From Chrysomallon squamiferum (lineage: Eukaryota; Animalia; Mollusca): a DNA stretch of 64,000 nucleotides. The position numbers were made by a program, and so were the translations under genes. Numbering within the stretch: position 1 is the first letter of the stretch; every line of letters begins with the position of its first letter. Shown here piece by piece: positions 1 through 26,320 of the stretch. The stretch spans positions 14,074,001 to 14,138,000 of the forward strand of contig CM022673.1 in NCBI GenBank assembly GCA_012295275.1, written 5' to 3'. Under the pieces are notes generated by a model. The model was not told the DNA's origin and searched no databases. It saw only the letters and a program-made list of their open reading frames with translations.

Positions 1-1129
1 ACATTAGTATAATGTAAAAGGCTTGTAATACGTTCCTAAAATCTATGCAGTGTATGTAATACGCATACCTAAAATCAAAATGTGTATAATATGTTTGTAG
101 AATAAAACGGTTATATGAGATGACTGCACAATTTAAATGTTATGTAATTCGAAAGTGAACCCCTGTCATATTATTTTGCATTTATATTTCATATATAAAT
201 GTATGTGAATAATCTGTGCATGTTTGTATTTGCGTGCATGGATGTACCACAGATGAATCTAAAAAACACCTAATACAAATACTGAGTTTAAATGACAGCT
301 GCCAGTTTCTACAGTTTATTTCACAGTTTATACCGTTTAAATATAGCTTGAGTTATATATGTAATATAAATAATTGCGTGCAGTACGAAACATACAGTTA
401 TTTAATGAACAGAAGGTAGATATACTTGTTACGGATTCTTTATACTCATTAATGTTTATTTTTTAATAGTCAGTTACTGTAAAATAATGGTTTAAGTTAT
501 TCTTTAAAGCAAATATTGTAACTAAAATTACATTCTGTTGTCAAATACAGTGGGACCACAGTTAATTTGCTGATTTACTTATTGATATTTTTACATCACA
601 TAATACTGAAGGTTACGGAGCTGCTGTTCTCAACGGTGTTGTAAATCTGTTTGAGTTATTAGCGCAGACGTGTCTGACGTCTTATTTAATCCACATCGTC
701 ACCTTGTTATCGTTTCATTACTGTCAACAGCTACATAGCTCTCTGTTTCGTAGACATTCCAGTGTTTCATTACCATAATTATAAATAATAAACACATAAT
801 CAGCTTTGTACTAGTCATTTAGAAAGACTTAAACAGGCATAAATACACACACGTACAGATACATAAATATATGCATAAAGACATACGTATACACATACAG
901 AGAATATGCATATATACATACATATATATAAACACATATACATATATACAAATAAGCGTATACGCATAGAATGACTGAAAGACAGAGATAGATAAATGCA
1001 TCTAAATACATAGATGGATATACTGATAGACAGAAGATCGATAACTATATAGACAGGCACACACATACACACAGATGTGCCGATATATATATATACAAAC
1101 ACATATATGTATATATGTATGTATATATG

Positions 1130-1215
<86 letters not shown>

Positions 1216-1760
1216 GAATTTTATTTTATTTTATTTTTGTTTGTTTATTTGTTATTTATTTATTTATTTATTTATTTATGTATTTATGTATTTATGTATT
1301 TATGTATGTATTTATGTATTTATGTATGTATGTATGTATGTATGTATGTATGTATGTATGTATGTATGTATGTATGTATGTATGTATGTATGTATGTATT
1401 TTACTAAGACACATTCTGCTGTGTATCATTTTGTCACTGCAGATTAGAATTCACCTTAGACGGATAAATAAATACCAAACTGATCTCCGAGCTGTCACTT
1501 TTCTTTGAACACTGACCAGACCTTTGAAATGGACAGTGAAAACTATTCGCCACACCCTGGTCACTAACCAAATCCATGGTCATCTGTGGTCAAAACGGAT
1601 GAAAATATTTTAGGTTTCTGTCACTCTAATCAATGCAGGCATGAAATAGAGCGAAATGAGATAAAAAAAGAGAAAAATGTGTAAAATGTCAAATCAATGC
1701 AGGACAATAATTGACTCTGTGTGTGACCGATAGAACAGTCGTATTGACTCGTTGTGTTGG

Positions 1761-1766
1761 TATAAA
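1761..1766 (+). promoter_or_regulatory. TATA box of G1
   Basis: TATAAA 45 nt upstream of the ATG at 1806. Confidence 0.55.
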
Positions 1767-1805
1767 TTGCACTGACTCCGAGAACACGTTTCAAAACACA
1801 TCAAC

Positions 1806-2383
1806 ATGAACAAGTCACTTTTTGTTCTCGTTCTAACCGTTCTCTCGATTTCCACTGTCATGTCACAGGGTAAGTTTTTTCATAATATATAATATATTTT
1901 GGTGAATGTGTATACACTTATAGGTTTGTATATATCCATGTATGTATATGTCTCTATCTGTGTATATATGTATGTGTGTATATATCTATGTATGCATATA
2001 TTTGTGTATATATCTATGTATGCATATATGTGTGTATATATCTATGTATGCATATATATGCATGTGTATATTTATGTGTGTATAAATATATATGTGTGTA
2101 TGCGTGTTTGGATGTGCGCATATATACATCTACGCATATATGAGTATATTTATGTATAAATGCACTCATGTTTGTATGTACATTTATTTATCTAACATGT
2201 TTGTATCTATGTATATATCTATCTTTTTTCTATCTATATAACTATATATCTATCTACAAATCTATATATCTGTCTGTCTATCTATCTATCTATATCTATA
2301 TATATGTGTTTGTGTGTCTGTCTATCAATCAATCAGTCGATCTATCTATCTATCTATCTATCTATCTATATATCTATCTTCTG

Positions 2384-2415
<32 letters not shown>

Positions 2416-3166
2416 CTGTCTAGCCATCTATCTATCTACGCTCACTGATGTAGTTGGAATGTTACATAATTTAATATGTATGTAATATATTTAGTGCAGT
2501 GTTATTTATATCTTTTTATGTCTTCCTTTCTATTTTTAAAATACATTTCTTTGAGTACGTGTCTTTACATGTTCAGCTATTACTAATACTCGAGTATATA
2601 TATATATATATATGTGTGTGTGTTTCTAAACATATATGTGGTTGTCAGAGGGAGATTATGTTTTGACTGATTGAATTTGTAAAAATGAATACAAATGTTA
2701 ATGTTTAAAAATTTCTTATAGGCTTCTTTGGAGGAATGGGTGGAATGGGTGGAGGCATGGGTGGCCCCATGGGTAGCCCCATGGGCGGCATGGGTGGTGG
2801 GGGGATGATGGGCGGCATGGGAGGAGGTTCCGGTAACATATTTGGCAGGATGATGCAGTAAGTATTTTCAGTTTTCGTATCTGCAGGTTTTTTGAGTCGT
2901 TTTTCTGTATTTACTGATGTATTCGATTAATTAATTAATTAAATCTCACTGATTTGATATTTCGTTTATTCAGATTTAATTTATGGTAACGTGTACCAAT
3001 TGGTTAACGAATGAACTCTCTGAAAGCATTCTTTACACTTTCAAGTCATTCATTTATTTGGTGTGTACTATCTATCATGGCTTATAACAAATGATGAGTA
3101 TAAAGAAATACTGTAACAAAACATCTGAACGATATTTTTATTGTTTTACTTCGTAATTAATTAAGA

Positions 3167-3229
<63 letters not shown>

Positions 3230-3571
3230 AACATAACTTGGAAGAATAAAGGTAGACTCAGACTTTGTATTATATTTAACTTTGACAGTCGTGGATATAT
3301 TCCAAGTTCTAAGTAAATACTATTTTTGTCTGTATGCTTATTATGTCTCTTTTTGTTGCCTTTCTATTATTTTTATTTTCTTTCGTATTTTTCTATTTGC
3401 AAAGACTTTCTTTTTCTTTTTGTCATTTTTTAAAATAAATTCTATACATGATGCTTGCACCTAAATGACTGGTCGCTAATTTCAGGTTTTTTCTCTTATT
3501 AACAATGTACTTTGTACTGCAGAATGAGAATGCAAAAGTGGAGATGCAGCATGATCATGGACATCATGTAA
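1806..3571 (+). CDS. G1: small secreted Gly/Met-rich peptide (82 aa, 3 exons)
   Basis: Exons 1806-1869 (MNKSLFVLVLTVLSISTVMSQ, signal peptide, donor g|gtaag), 2722-2857 (GFFGGMGGMGGGMGGPMGSPMGGMGGGGMMGGMGGGSGNIFGRMM, donor ca|gtaagt) and 3523-3571 (QMRMQKWRCSMIMDIM*). All junctions are GT-AG and in frame. TATAAA at 1761, ATTAAA near 3626. Confidence 0.85.
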
Positions 3572-3893
3572 TAGACCACTTCCACAACATTCCATCTGAT
3601 GTTTGTGTTACCAACATTTGGCTTATTAAATGTGTTAATACATCTGCGACTGTATATTTCTGAAACACACTGACGTGTTCACAACGACTGTCTTTCACAA
3701 CGCTGACGTGTTAACATCACCATCACGTTTTAACGATGTTATATTTTAATACGCTAACGTATTCGTATTGTATTTACATATTAAATATTCTGACGACACT
3801 GAATTTTAGTATGCTGTCATATTCATAACATAAATACTTTAATGTATTCAAAACATCACATTTCCATAAGGTATTCACAAAATTACTTTTTTA

Positions 3894-4012
3894 GTACGCT
3901 GATACATTCAGAACACATTTCTTAAATACCTTGACTTAATTCAGAACACATTTCTTAAATACGCTGACTTAATTCAGAACACATTTCTAAAATACGCTGA
4001 CTTATTCAGAAC
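3894..4012. repeat. ~33-bp minisatellite, 3-4 copies
   Basis: Unit ttcagaacacatttcttaaatacgctgacttaa recurs at 3907, 3940 and further downstream. Confidence 0.7.
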
Positions 4013-5036
4013 ATTGTAGTTCTGTATTCGGTAACGTATTCTCATTACACGTCTTAAAAATCGCAACGTGTTCATAACATTTCTTTAATACGTTTGCATA
4101 TTTAAATTGATGCAGTTTTCTCAGATATGCTCGGAAATTTAAATTGATTAATTTCTTGAATATGCTCACCTATTTGACTTTGATAAATTTGTTTAATTCA
4201 CTCACGTATTTAAATTGATATATTTCCTAATTATGCAAACGTATTTAAAACATGTTTATTTAACAACAGTACCTTTGTTTATTATGAAGTCGTCTTCACG
4301 AACATTTTATTTGTTTTATAAGCAGATTTGATCTGAACGCGAAATCTCTCTAACATCCTGATATATACTGAACATTACCGTGTAAAGGTTAACATTGTTT
4401 AATGTTAGTTGTGATTTGTTTCAATGTGTTGATTTTAATATTCCAAATGATAAAAAAATGGTAAAATAAAACATTAGTTTTTAAACGAAGTTTTTGAAGT
4501 TTGTTTTTTATTATTATTATTTTGTTTTAATTATTATTAATTATCTTCGGTATGTACACACAGTTAGTTCCTAGACATTTTATTTTATTTTATTTTATTT
4601 TATATTAATCCAGTATTAGTTACTTAGAAGATGCAATATGAATTTCCACTGCGACATGTACTGAACAAATAATTAGTTTTACATATACATGTGTGTCAAG
4701 ACATGTTTATAAAAACAATGGTTCTATACACAGTCACGAAGCTTCACAAATAACAACAGTCTGGAAGGAAGGTGATATAAGAAACAACATTCCACATATA
4801 TTGTGCGAAATGACATCAAAGGAAAGTGTCATCAATTTGCTGTTACCTATAAATCTGGGGAGACGAGAATAAAAATGTTTTGTGTCTGGTTTACTCAACA
4901 AACTGACAGTGTCAGGCTCCGAGTTATATCAGGGTTTACACCAATTTGTTTTCTAGAAGAAAAAAAAAAAAAAAATACAAACAGAAAAACATCCGAGTTT
5001 GTTAAACGGGCGTTTTACGTAACAACTAACAGTATA

Positions 5037-6851
5037 ATGATGAAGATTTCGTTGTTAATTCTCGTGTCGTTCTTCAGTTTTACTGATTGTCAGCGTAAGT
5101 CATTATTTTGTTTTCTTTCTTTGATTATATGCATGTCTTTATTTAATATCTGAATGCTAATTGTAAAGATAAATATATTATTTAACATATAAGTTGTCTC
5201 TCTCTCTCTCTGTCTCTGTCTATACATATATATGATAGAAAGTTCTGTAATATTTTCACTAATATTCGAACTTGATGTTATTTATTTAATAGTAAAGTGG
5301 AAAGAACATGATAAGAAAAAATGAAGCTTTGGTTGCTTTGAAACATTATTTTAATATTTATTTATTTTTATTTTTTATTTAGTATTGGTAACTCCAACCA
5401 ATTTATGATGCTATTACATTAACCTACTAACATTGTAACACACCAACAATAACTGAAAACTTAATAAGACCGTTAGACTTAATTCGTCCTGATTTTAACT
5501 AGGTCTAAATATTTTATAATCTTTGATAAAGTCTAAGACTGATTTAAATTATATCAGATACAGAATTGAAATAAGCAAATCTTTTTCTTTCTTTCATTCT
5601 TTCATTCTTTCTTTCTTTCTTTATTCTTGCTTTCTTTCTTTGTTTATATATTTATTTATTTCCTTATATTTTTTAATTTACATTTATGTTTTAACCTAAA
5701 AATGTATTACAGTAGAGACTCCATAACCAAACGAATCAAGAACGGTAACTCATGTCTCTGCAAAAAAAAAATTGTATTTAAACTTGTCAACACACCCTTG
5801 TTGTAGTTTGTCTTCTTTAAGACATTTATTAATAATTCAAATTATTTACACAACAGACACGTTTTTAGACATATCGTGTTGTACAGAGACTGTCCAGACT
5901 GAGTTTAATATCACGTTTCTGTTAGTTAATAAGTAAAAGTATTTAAAACTTAATGTATTCTGTTGGCAGGCTTGATAAAATAATTTTTGCTATCACTAAA
6001 CACATATTTATAATTAATAAACGTTTATTGCACATTTGTGGACTTTAATAATCGTTATCACATATTTATATAATTATCTAGTAAATACACGTTAATTAAA
6101 TCTTCACACATATTTTAATTAATAGATGCTATTAGCATATTTAACATTCTAGTCTAGTTAACAGCCGTCATTACTTAGTTATGTGTCTAATAATAATAAT
6201 AAAAACATATTTACATATTTATATAGTTAATAAGCGTGTATTGCATATTTTTTGTTGTTAATAAAATTATTTACATAACTTTATTGTTAATAAAAGTTAT
6301 TAACATATTTAAATACTTTACAAAGGTAATTTACTTTTTAATGTAGTTAATATGTGGTTATTTAATATTATTCACATATGTGTTTAGTTTATATGCATAA
6401 TTTGTACATTTCAAAAGTTAATAAAAATAATAACCTTTTTGAAGTTAATAAACATCATTAAGACATTTGAGCAGTTAAAAAGCTTTATATACATATTTAA
6501 ATAATAACAAAAAAATCTATATTTCCACCACCTGTTTCTGTTTTCTAGTTCGTCTAGACTGGACGTATAAAATTTATAAATACGATTATTTTAATAACGC
6601 ATTTATGCAGTTATAAACCTATTTTGACAAACACTGTCACTGTTTCATTGCGTCTAGTGTAAGTATGTAATATTTATTAAAACATTAATCTTGTTTTAAA
6701 TTTCTGAGAAGCTGCTGCTAAACGCATCCTCATAATAAAAACATCAACGGAAGCGACCACGACGACAACAATTAACACAGACATGATTATTAATAATAAC
6801 TACGTCAAAACAGCTATGACAGCGTCAGCTTTAACAGCTATTTCAGCAGCA

Positions 6852-6903
<52 letters not shown>

Positions 6904-7108
6904 GTGTTCGTTGGAAGACCTGCAGTTTGAAATGAAGTCATGTAGCTACAAATGCAGGTTTAATTTGGAGAGTGTAAGATTGTGTTTATTAATTGTATGT
7001 TACATACTCTGAATGTGTTTGAGTTTTTATAATAGCCTTAATATAAAAGGTATAAAATTATATGTATGTACGTACGTATGTGTATATGTGTGTCTATATG
7101 TGTATATA

Positions 7109-7157
<49 letters not shown>

Positions 7158-7385
7158 TATTGATATATGTGCGCGGGTACTAATGCTTGTTTTTGTATGT
7201 TTATGTGTGTGTGACATATTGTCTACTATTTCAGGGCACTGTGGGGCGGCATGTCAGTCTACAGGGGGTATCTGTGTAGACGACGGAAAGGGGTCAATGT
7301 ACTGTTCATGTTCATCTGGTTTTGTCAACACTCCCGGAGACAGAACTACCTGTGTCGCTTCTTGTAAGAGTTGTCTGTCTATCTA

Positions 7386-7460
<75 letters not shown>

Positions 7461-7504
7461 GTCTGTCTATCTGTCTGTCTGTCTGTCTGTCTATCTACCC
7501 ACCC

Positions 7505-7556
<52 letters not shown>

Positions 7557-7633
7557 GTCTATCTGTATGTCTGTCTGTCTGTCTATCTATCAATCTATCT
7601 ATCTATCTGTCTGTCTGTCTTTCGTTCTGTCTG

Positions 7634-7700
<67 letters not shown>

Positions 7701-8260
7701 GCCTGCCTGTCTATCTATCTATCTATCTGTCTGTATGTATATCTCTCTGTCTATCTATCTATCTATCTACATATCTATCTATCTATCTATCTACCTACCT
7801 ACCTACCTACCTACCTTCCTTCCTACCTACCTACCTATCTTCCAACCTATCTATCTAACTGCCTATCTATAGATGTATTATAAAAATATTGTAAAAAGTC
7901 GACAAATGCGGATCGACTTCTGATATAATAATTTTTATTAGTCCACGATCTGCACGATAGTGACACCAGTGTCAACTATTCTTTTTTGTAATGTCTGACG
8001 TTGTCTTACAACAGCAACTCTGACGACGTCGGGCTGTCGTTTTGTAGGATGTGGAAGCAATGCTGACTGCAAGCTGAACGCAGCTACTGGGAAACATCAG
8101 TGTGTTTGTCGTGAAGGGTTTGAAAAAGACGATAACAACGCGCGCTGTGTCCGCAAAGGTATAACTACTTAAACTATATATTTAGTTACAATACATAATA
8201 CAGATAGATACATACATACATACATACATACATACATGCATACGTACATACATACATACA

Positions 8261-8294
<34 letters not shown>

Positions 8295-8340
8295 CATACA
8301 TGCATACGTACATACATACATACATACATACATACATACA

Positions 8341-8371
<31 letters not shown>

Positions 8372-8434
8372 TATTATTATTATTATTACATTATTACATA
8401 TATTTTAACATACATACATACATACATACATACA

Positions 8435-8476
<42 letters not shown>

Positions 8477-9332
8477 AATATTTTAATTACTATATAACGT
8501 ACATACAGATTTTTAAATATCTTATTTATTTATTTACGCAGTGGTGAGACCACAGTTTACAGGGTGTAAGTATATAGGCTGTGGAGATGCCAGATATGGA
8601 AGATGTATTTTGACTAGAGGTGGCAGTTACCAGTGTTTGTGTTACTCTAACGCTAGACTGGATTTTGTGACTCAGAAATGTGTCCGTGAGTAAACCTCCT
8701 AATACACAGACCCAGACACACACACAGACACAGACACACTTACACAAACACACAGAGAGACAAACACCGATACATACATACATACATACATACACCCATA
8801 CACTCAAACACCCATACATACATACATACATACACCCATACATACGTACTACGTACACATACACACATACATACTTACTACCTACACATCCACACACATA
8901 CATAGATACATAATTTATAACCAGTTTATTGTTGTCGCAATACTGTCCGCCTTTTGAGTGCGGGCGAATGGGTGTCATACGTTCGAGTCTCGTCAGCGGC
9001 ATCTGGCAGGTTTATGATGTCGTGATTGGACTTTGTCCTCCTGCGTCAGTTCGTTCCTGAATATTGTCTGTGTGCAGAGTCTAATCAGACGTACATAAGA
9101 CAGAGAATATTCAAATCTGAAAGTACATACACAAACATATGACTTGAATGGGGAATACTGTTGCTGCTTACTGTTTTCGTTGGTATTATTTATTTTATTT
9201 TATTTTATTTTATTTTAAATTGTTTTATATTATTTATTATTCTTATTTTTTTTTTTAGCGAAACCTGTCAACATATTTGAATCAATGTGGCCTTGGATGT
9301 TGTTTCTCGGAGATGGATTTGGATTTTCGTGA
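5037..9332 (+). CDS. G2: secreted protein with 3 EGF-like domains and a hydrophobic/aromatic C-terminal tail (~182 aa)
   Basis: Exons 5037-5094 ([19 protein letters not shown]), 7235-7363 ([42 protein letters not shown]), 8015-8158 ([42 protein letters not shown]), 8542-8685 ([41 protein letters not shown]) and 9259-9332 ([24 protein letters not shown]). Each middle exon has six Cys with CxC spacing and is symmetric phase 1-1. Confidence 0.85.
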
Positions 9333-9894
9333 TTAATTACAACGTCTTAAACCTGAGGTAATCTCAGCATAATTATAAGAAGATTATCCCGTATTACTAC
9401 CAACGTCTACACAGACTTAGTACTTTTACACTTAGACTTTTATTTTAGATTTCAGTTTTACACATAATCATTTTTCACGATATTTCAGATGATATTTATT
9501 CTTGGACATTTCATGAAGACATAACACTATTTCAAATCTGATTAATTCTCGTTAAGAGTTAAATCTCAAAATGTATCTTGGACTGTTGTTATGGTAACAT
9601 ACATCTATGTAAAATACTTTTAAGCCTTTGTATCGTATATTTAATTTTTCCTTCATTTGTGCTGATAAATAATATTACAAATTGGCAGCTTAAAACTTGA
9701 TTATACGGGACAAAATCATCTTTTTCTATTGCAAAAGAGCAATCATAATACATTATCATATGTACTGTACAAAGTATTTTCGTGTAATGAAAATATAATG
9801 TATTTGTCTATCTGTTTGGTTTGTTATTTGTTTAATTTTTATACAAATCAGGTATCAGCTTAGCAGCTTTCTTTTGTAGAAGTAACAGATTTCT

Positions 9895-9992
<98 letters not shown>

Positions 9993-10186
9993 CTCTCTCT
10001 CTGAAGATATATTATGTAGCAGTGTACAAAATTTCTTCTGTACGACATTCTTCATGTATAATGCAGCCCTCTAGATCTGTGTTAAAAGTAATACAATTTT
10101 ATGACATGAAACAGAAAACAGAATAAATAAATTCTAAAGTTATTTAATATTTTATACAGCATACATAATAATAGTAAATAAATATC

Positions 10187-10219
<33 letters not shown>

Positions 10220-10487
10220 GTAGTAGTAGTTGTTGTAATAGTAGAAGTAGTAATAGTAGTAGTAGTAGTAGTAATAGGAGTAGTAGTAGTAGTAGCAATA
10301 GTAGAAGTAGTAGTAGTAGCAATTATCAAAACAGGTATCAGTTACTGTTATAAGTATCAAATTTACTGTCTGTATTGTTGGTTTATTCGTTATTTTTCCT
10401 CGGTGTGTTATTTCTGTGTTTGCAAATTCATGCTGATACTGAAATGGTGATGCTAGGTGGATTTCAGTTGATAAGTAACATCTAACT

Positions 10488-17023
<6,536 letters not shown>

Positions 17024-17585
17024 GTTTCTTGCAAGAGTAAATGAATCAACTATCGCGACAGTTGAAATGAAGTTTTAGTTAACTACGCAACACTCCGTAA
17101 CTTGGTCATATTTGAAGAGTGTTAAAAAAAATAAAAAGGTTAAATATGTCTAACCGTTCGTAAAATACATATCTGTGTGTGTGATGTCAATTAATTTTGT
17201 TTTCTGACGTCTCGGGATGTAATAAATAGGTTACCGTTACTCCGCAAACAACATACGTATTAACCGCCTTGTTTATAATATATTTACTAAACAGCCTGCT
17301 GTAACAATGTATGTAATGTTGTGGTGAATCTATCATAGAGGAAATTATTTTGAAAATGTGAAATGTAGACAATGAGTTAGCTTTAACATGACTCTGTGAG
17401 ACAGAAAAGGTTGAAGTTATATGTATGTGTAGAAGTGTACTTTACAGTAATATTAATGATAAATAAAATTTATTATTATTTTTCTAATTTCTTTAATTAA
17501 AGATATAACATGAATCTCAAGTTAATTTAACTGTTGTATTATGAACATTTACTGACACTCGCACACACAAACACTTACACAATAT

Positions 17586-17700
<115 letters not shown>

Positions 17701-17988
17701 TAAACAGATAGATAGATATACACATATACCTACTCATACATACACATATACACCAAGTCAAAACACACTAACACTTATACCATACATATACTTATGCATA
17801 AAAACAAAACACACAAACATATAAACAGCTACTATTGATATATATATAAAAAAAATAATTACTGTCGTAATTTATATTCTCATTATTCTTTCTAATTAAT
17901 AACTTTTGTGGTGTAAATTGTTTATATAAAAAAGAAGAAAATCACAAAGAGAAATGATGATTTTATTGTGATAATGAGTAATTCGAGT

Positions 17989-23103
<5,115 letters not shown>

Positions 23104-23211
23104 TGTAATATCAGCGAGGTGTTTTCACAGAACTGATACAAAAGTGTCAGGCCATAATAAACCAAAAATCTATAGGTTCATTCACTTCTTTTGCCGTCCT
23201 GTATTTATTTT

Positions 23212-23249
<38 letters not shown>

Positions 23250-23561
23250 TGCTTTCTGTGCAGGTTTGTCGTCTGTGTCATGTTGCTGCTGAAGAGCTCA
23301 AAGTCGCTGTCTTCAGACTAAGATGAGTTGACTTCAGACCACGGGTCACAAAGGGTTAATGATGACGATTAATTAAAGACTGTGACGTCCACACAGACTG
23401 GTTCGCTTTTTAACACGATGTGTATGCGTACAGACGTGTGTTCGGGGATGATGCAGTTCTGTGAAATCACTGAACAGTGAGAGATGTTCAGTAAGCTTCT
23501 TATTTCATTATTTGTGTAACGTGTTTGACACAATTCAGTGCGTGAAGCTTACAGGAGAAGA

Positions 23562-23578
23562 CAGCCTAGATGGCGCTA
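23562..23578 (+). promoter_or_regulatory. CTCF-like motif
   Basis: cagcCTAGATGGCGCTa resembles the CTCF core (CCACTAGATGGCGC type). It lies between the 3' end of G5 and the 5' end of G4. Confidence 0.35.
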
Positions 23579-24216
23579 CCAGCTTTGAGAATGTTAGACT
23601 GGTATCGCGTTGTGTAATCATTACATTCCACGTATAATTATAGAGACGTATTAAATATTTTCGTTTTAACATTCTTGTGAAGTTACTTATCGGTAAGTGA
23701 GTTACGAGTTTCTGATTTTATCTTACTGCACACTCTGCATTATGATTTACCTTCACTGATGCTAGCTGACTAATACTTGTACCGTCTCCATTTCTGTTTG
23801 CAGTTAAGTACATTTATGATGTTACATACGTACCGCTCTGGATTATTTTAAAATCCACACGACTGACATAAAATTATGTTAATATAAAGTGATGCTGAGC
23901 TGTCATAAAAACAACCTTTAATAAAACTTGTAAGTTACGATATTTTAAAAAATTATTCTATAGGTTTATCTAGGATGCGTCTTTTTTCTTCTTTTTTTTT
24001 GGAGGGGGAAGTTACTGAAACGACAGTTACATGAACACAGACAAACAAATAATTTATAACAAAAATACAAAATAACTTTTTGTTAAATTTATTATACAAA
24101 TAAAGGTCTCGCGAGATCTCGTTGATTCTCTCTGTTAGCAGCGAATTCCCGTCTCATGACGGAATCCACCGAAAAACAGCACAGATATCGAGCAGGAAAC
24201 AAACGTTATGTTTTAC

Positions 24217-24726
24217 TTATTTGTCTAAATATTCATCGTACATGTACCAGTTGAGAGCTGGATACATGCGGTTTCTTTGGTTATTGTAGTTCAGCAGTCG
24301 TAGAAGCTGAGCGTACTGCATCAACCGCTGCTGAAAAAGAGGCCACCACTGCTGTCCGGACGTCGCTGACGCAGCGTGTGACTGACCCGTCCCTGAATAG
24401 TAAATAAAACAGTAAAATTACAACGACATTAATAGCCACATCATTCGTACTACTATGCTACTAATATTATTAGTACTATTTACACTACTACGACTATTAC
24501 TATTACTACTACTACTACTACTATTACTACTACTACTACAATTACTACAACTGTTACTACTACTACTATTATTATTACTACAACTACAACTATTATTACT
24601 ATTACTACTACTATTACTGCTACTAACACCACTATTATTTTTCCTGCTAGTATTACTACTATTACTCTAATTCACACAAAGACAGATACACTTGCATATA
24701 AACCCAGACCTAAGCAAACTCGTTAG

Positions 24727-24766
<40 letters not shown>

Positions 24767-24982
24767 ATAGAAATACATTATCAATATCTTGTAAAAACAG
24801 TGTTATACACGTACTAGCGCGCACACATACATAGACATTAAACGCTATATAAAGAGTTATTGTAGATATATAACGATACAAAAAAATAAATAAGTAGATA
24901 GTAAGTCAATATTTCACGTACCAGTCTGAGCGACTGTGACGGTCGTACAGAACAAACACACGAGTAATATCTGTATCCACAT
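24217..24982 (-). CDS. G5: small secreted orphan peptide (78 aa)
   Basis: Exons 24982-24922 (MWIQILLVCLFCTTVTVAQT) and 24392-24217 (GTGQSHAASATSGQQWWPLFQQRLMQYAQLLRLLNYNNQRNRMYPALNWYMYDEYLDK*). Probable 5'UTR exon ending at 26444 (aag|gtaag), with TATATAAAA on the minus strand at 26491-26499. Confidence 0.8.
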
Positions 24983-25023
24983 CCTGCAGAATAACATACA
25001 TAATTCACTTGTTAATTATAGCA

Positions 25024-25830
25024 GTGTACACGTCACGTGATTAACATATCAGTAAGTTTACAATAACTGTACACGTCACGTAATTAACATATCAGTAAGT
25101 TTACTATAACTGTACATGTCACGTAATTAACATATCAGTAAGTTTGCTATAAATCTACATGTCACGTAATTAACATATCAGTAAGTTTACTATAACTGTA
25201 CACGTCACGTAATTAACATATCAGTAAGTTTGCTATAAATCTACATGTCACGTAATTAACATATCAGTAAGTTTACAATAACTGTACACGTCACGTAATT
25301 AACATATCAGTAAGTTTGCTATAAATCTACATGTCACGTAATTAACATATCAGTAAGTTTACAATAACTGTACACGTCACGTAATTAACATATCAGTAAG
25401 TTTACTATAACTGTACATGTCGTATAATTAACATATCAGTAAGTTTACAATAACTGTACACGTCACGTAATTAACATATCAGTAAGTTTACTATAACTGT
25501 ACACGTCACGTAATTAACATATCAGTAAGTTTACAATAACTGTACACGTCACGTAATTAACATATCAGTAAGTTTACTATAACTGTACACGTCACGTAAT
25601 TAACATATCAGTAAGTTTGCTATAAATCTACATGTCACGTAATTAACATATCAGTAAGTTTACTATAACTGTTCCCTAATTAATATACTGTACAATAACT
25701 GTCACGTAAATTAACATATCAGTAAGTTTACTATAACTGTACACGTCACGTAATTAACATATCAGTAAGTTTGCTATAAATCTACATGTCACGTAATTAA
25801 CATATCAGTAAGTTTACTATAACTGTCCCC
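25024..25830. repeat. 43-bp minisatellite, ~19 copies, in the probable first intron of G5
   Basis: Unit actgtacacgtcacgtaattaacatatcagtaagtttacaata, period 43 (e.g. 25041 to 25084). Degenerate copies continue to about 26000. Confidence 0.9.
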
Positions 25831-26164
25831 TAATTTATACATCAGAAAGCTTATTATAACAGTAAGTTTACTATAACTGTCCCCTAATTTATACATCAGA
25901 AAGCTGATTATAACGAGTCATGTAAATAATATATCAGTAAATTAATTATAGCAGTGTACTAGGAGACGTCTCGTAGTTAATATATCAGTAAGTTGTTTAT
26001 AAATGTACACTATGTAAACATCAATAATTAATACATCACTTACAAATTTATGGAATCTCAGTGCATAAGATATATTAATTAATTATAATAACACATTGTA
26101 TAATAAACATATCTATAATAGATGTATCGATAAATAATAAACTGTAATGCTAGAACTATGAGTG

Positions 26165-26320
<156 letters not shown>

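Noticed and set aside
815-2485. ORFs rich in YI/MYVC/LSIY, and similar ER/LS/poly-I/poly-L ORFs throughout the window
   Set aside because: Translations of (AT)n, (ATGT)n, (ATCT)n, (AG)n and (AAT)n microsatellites.
5383-5745. Possible extra small exons of G2 (after AG at ~5382 and ~5713, each followed by gtaact)
   Set aside because: I found no phase-compatible, stop-free path, and exon 1 joins 7235 in frame without them.
8940-9060. tRNA-like segment with B-box gttcgagtc
   Set aside because: No cloverleaf could be folded. At most a decayed tRNA-derived SINE in a G2 intron.
23443-23495. Possible C/D-box snoRNA or hairpin (atgatg...ctga; actgaaca/tgttcagt stem)
   Set aside because: Box C is imperfect, there is no terminal stem, and an 8-bp stem is expected by chance.
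25024-25830. Regular 43-bp array as a possible CRISPR
   Set aside because: No unique spacers, no cas genes, and a eukaryotic intronic context. It is a plain tandem repeat.
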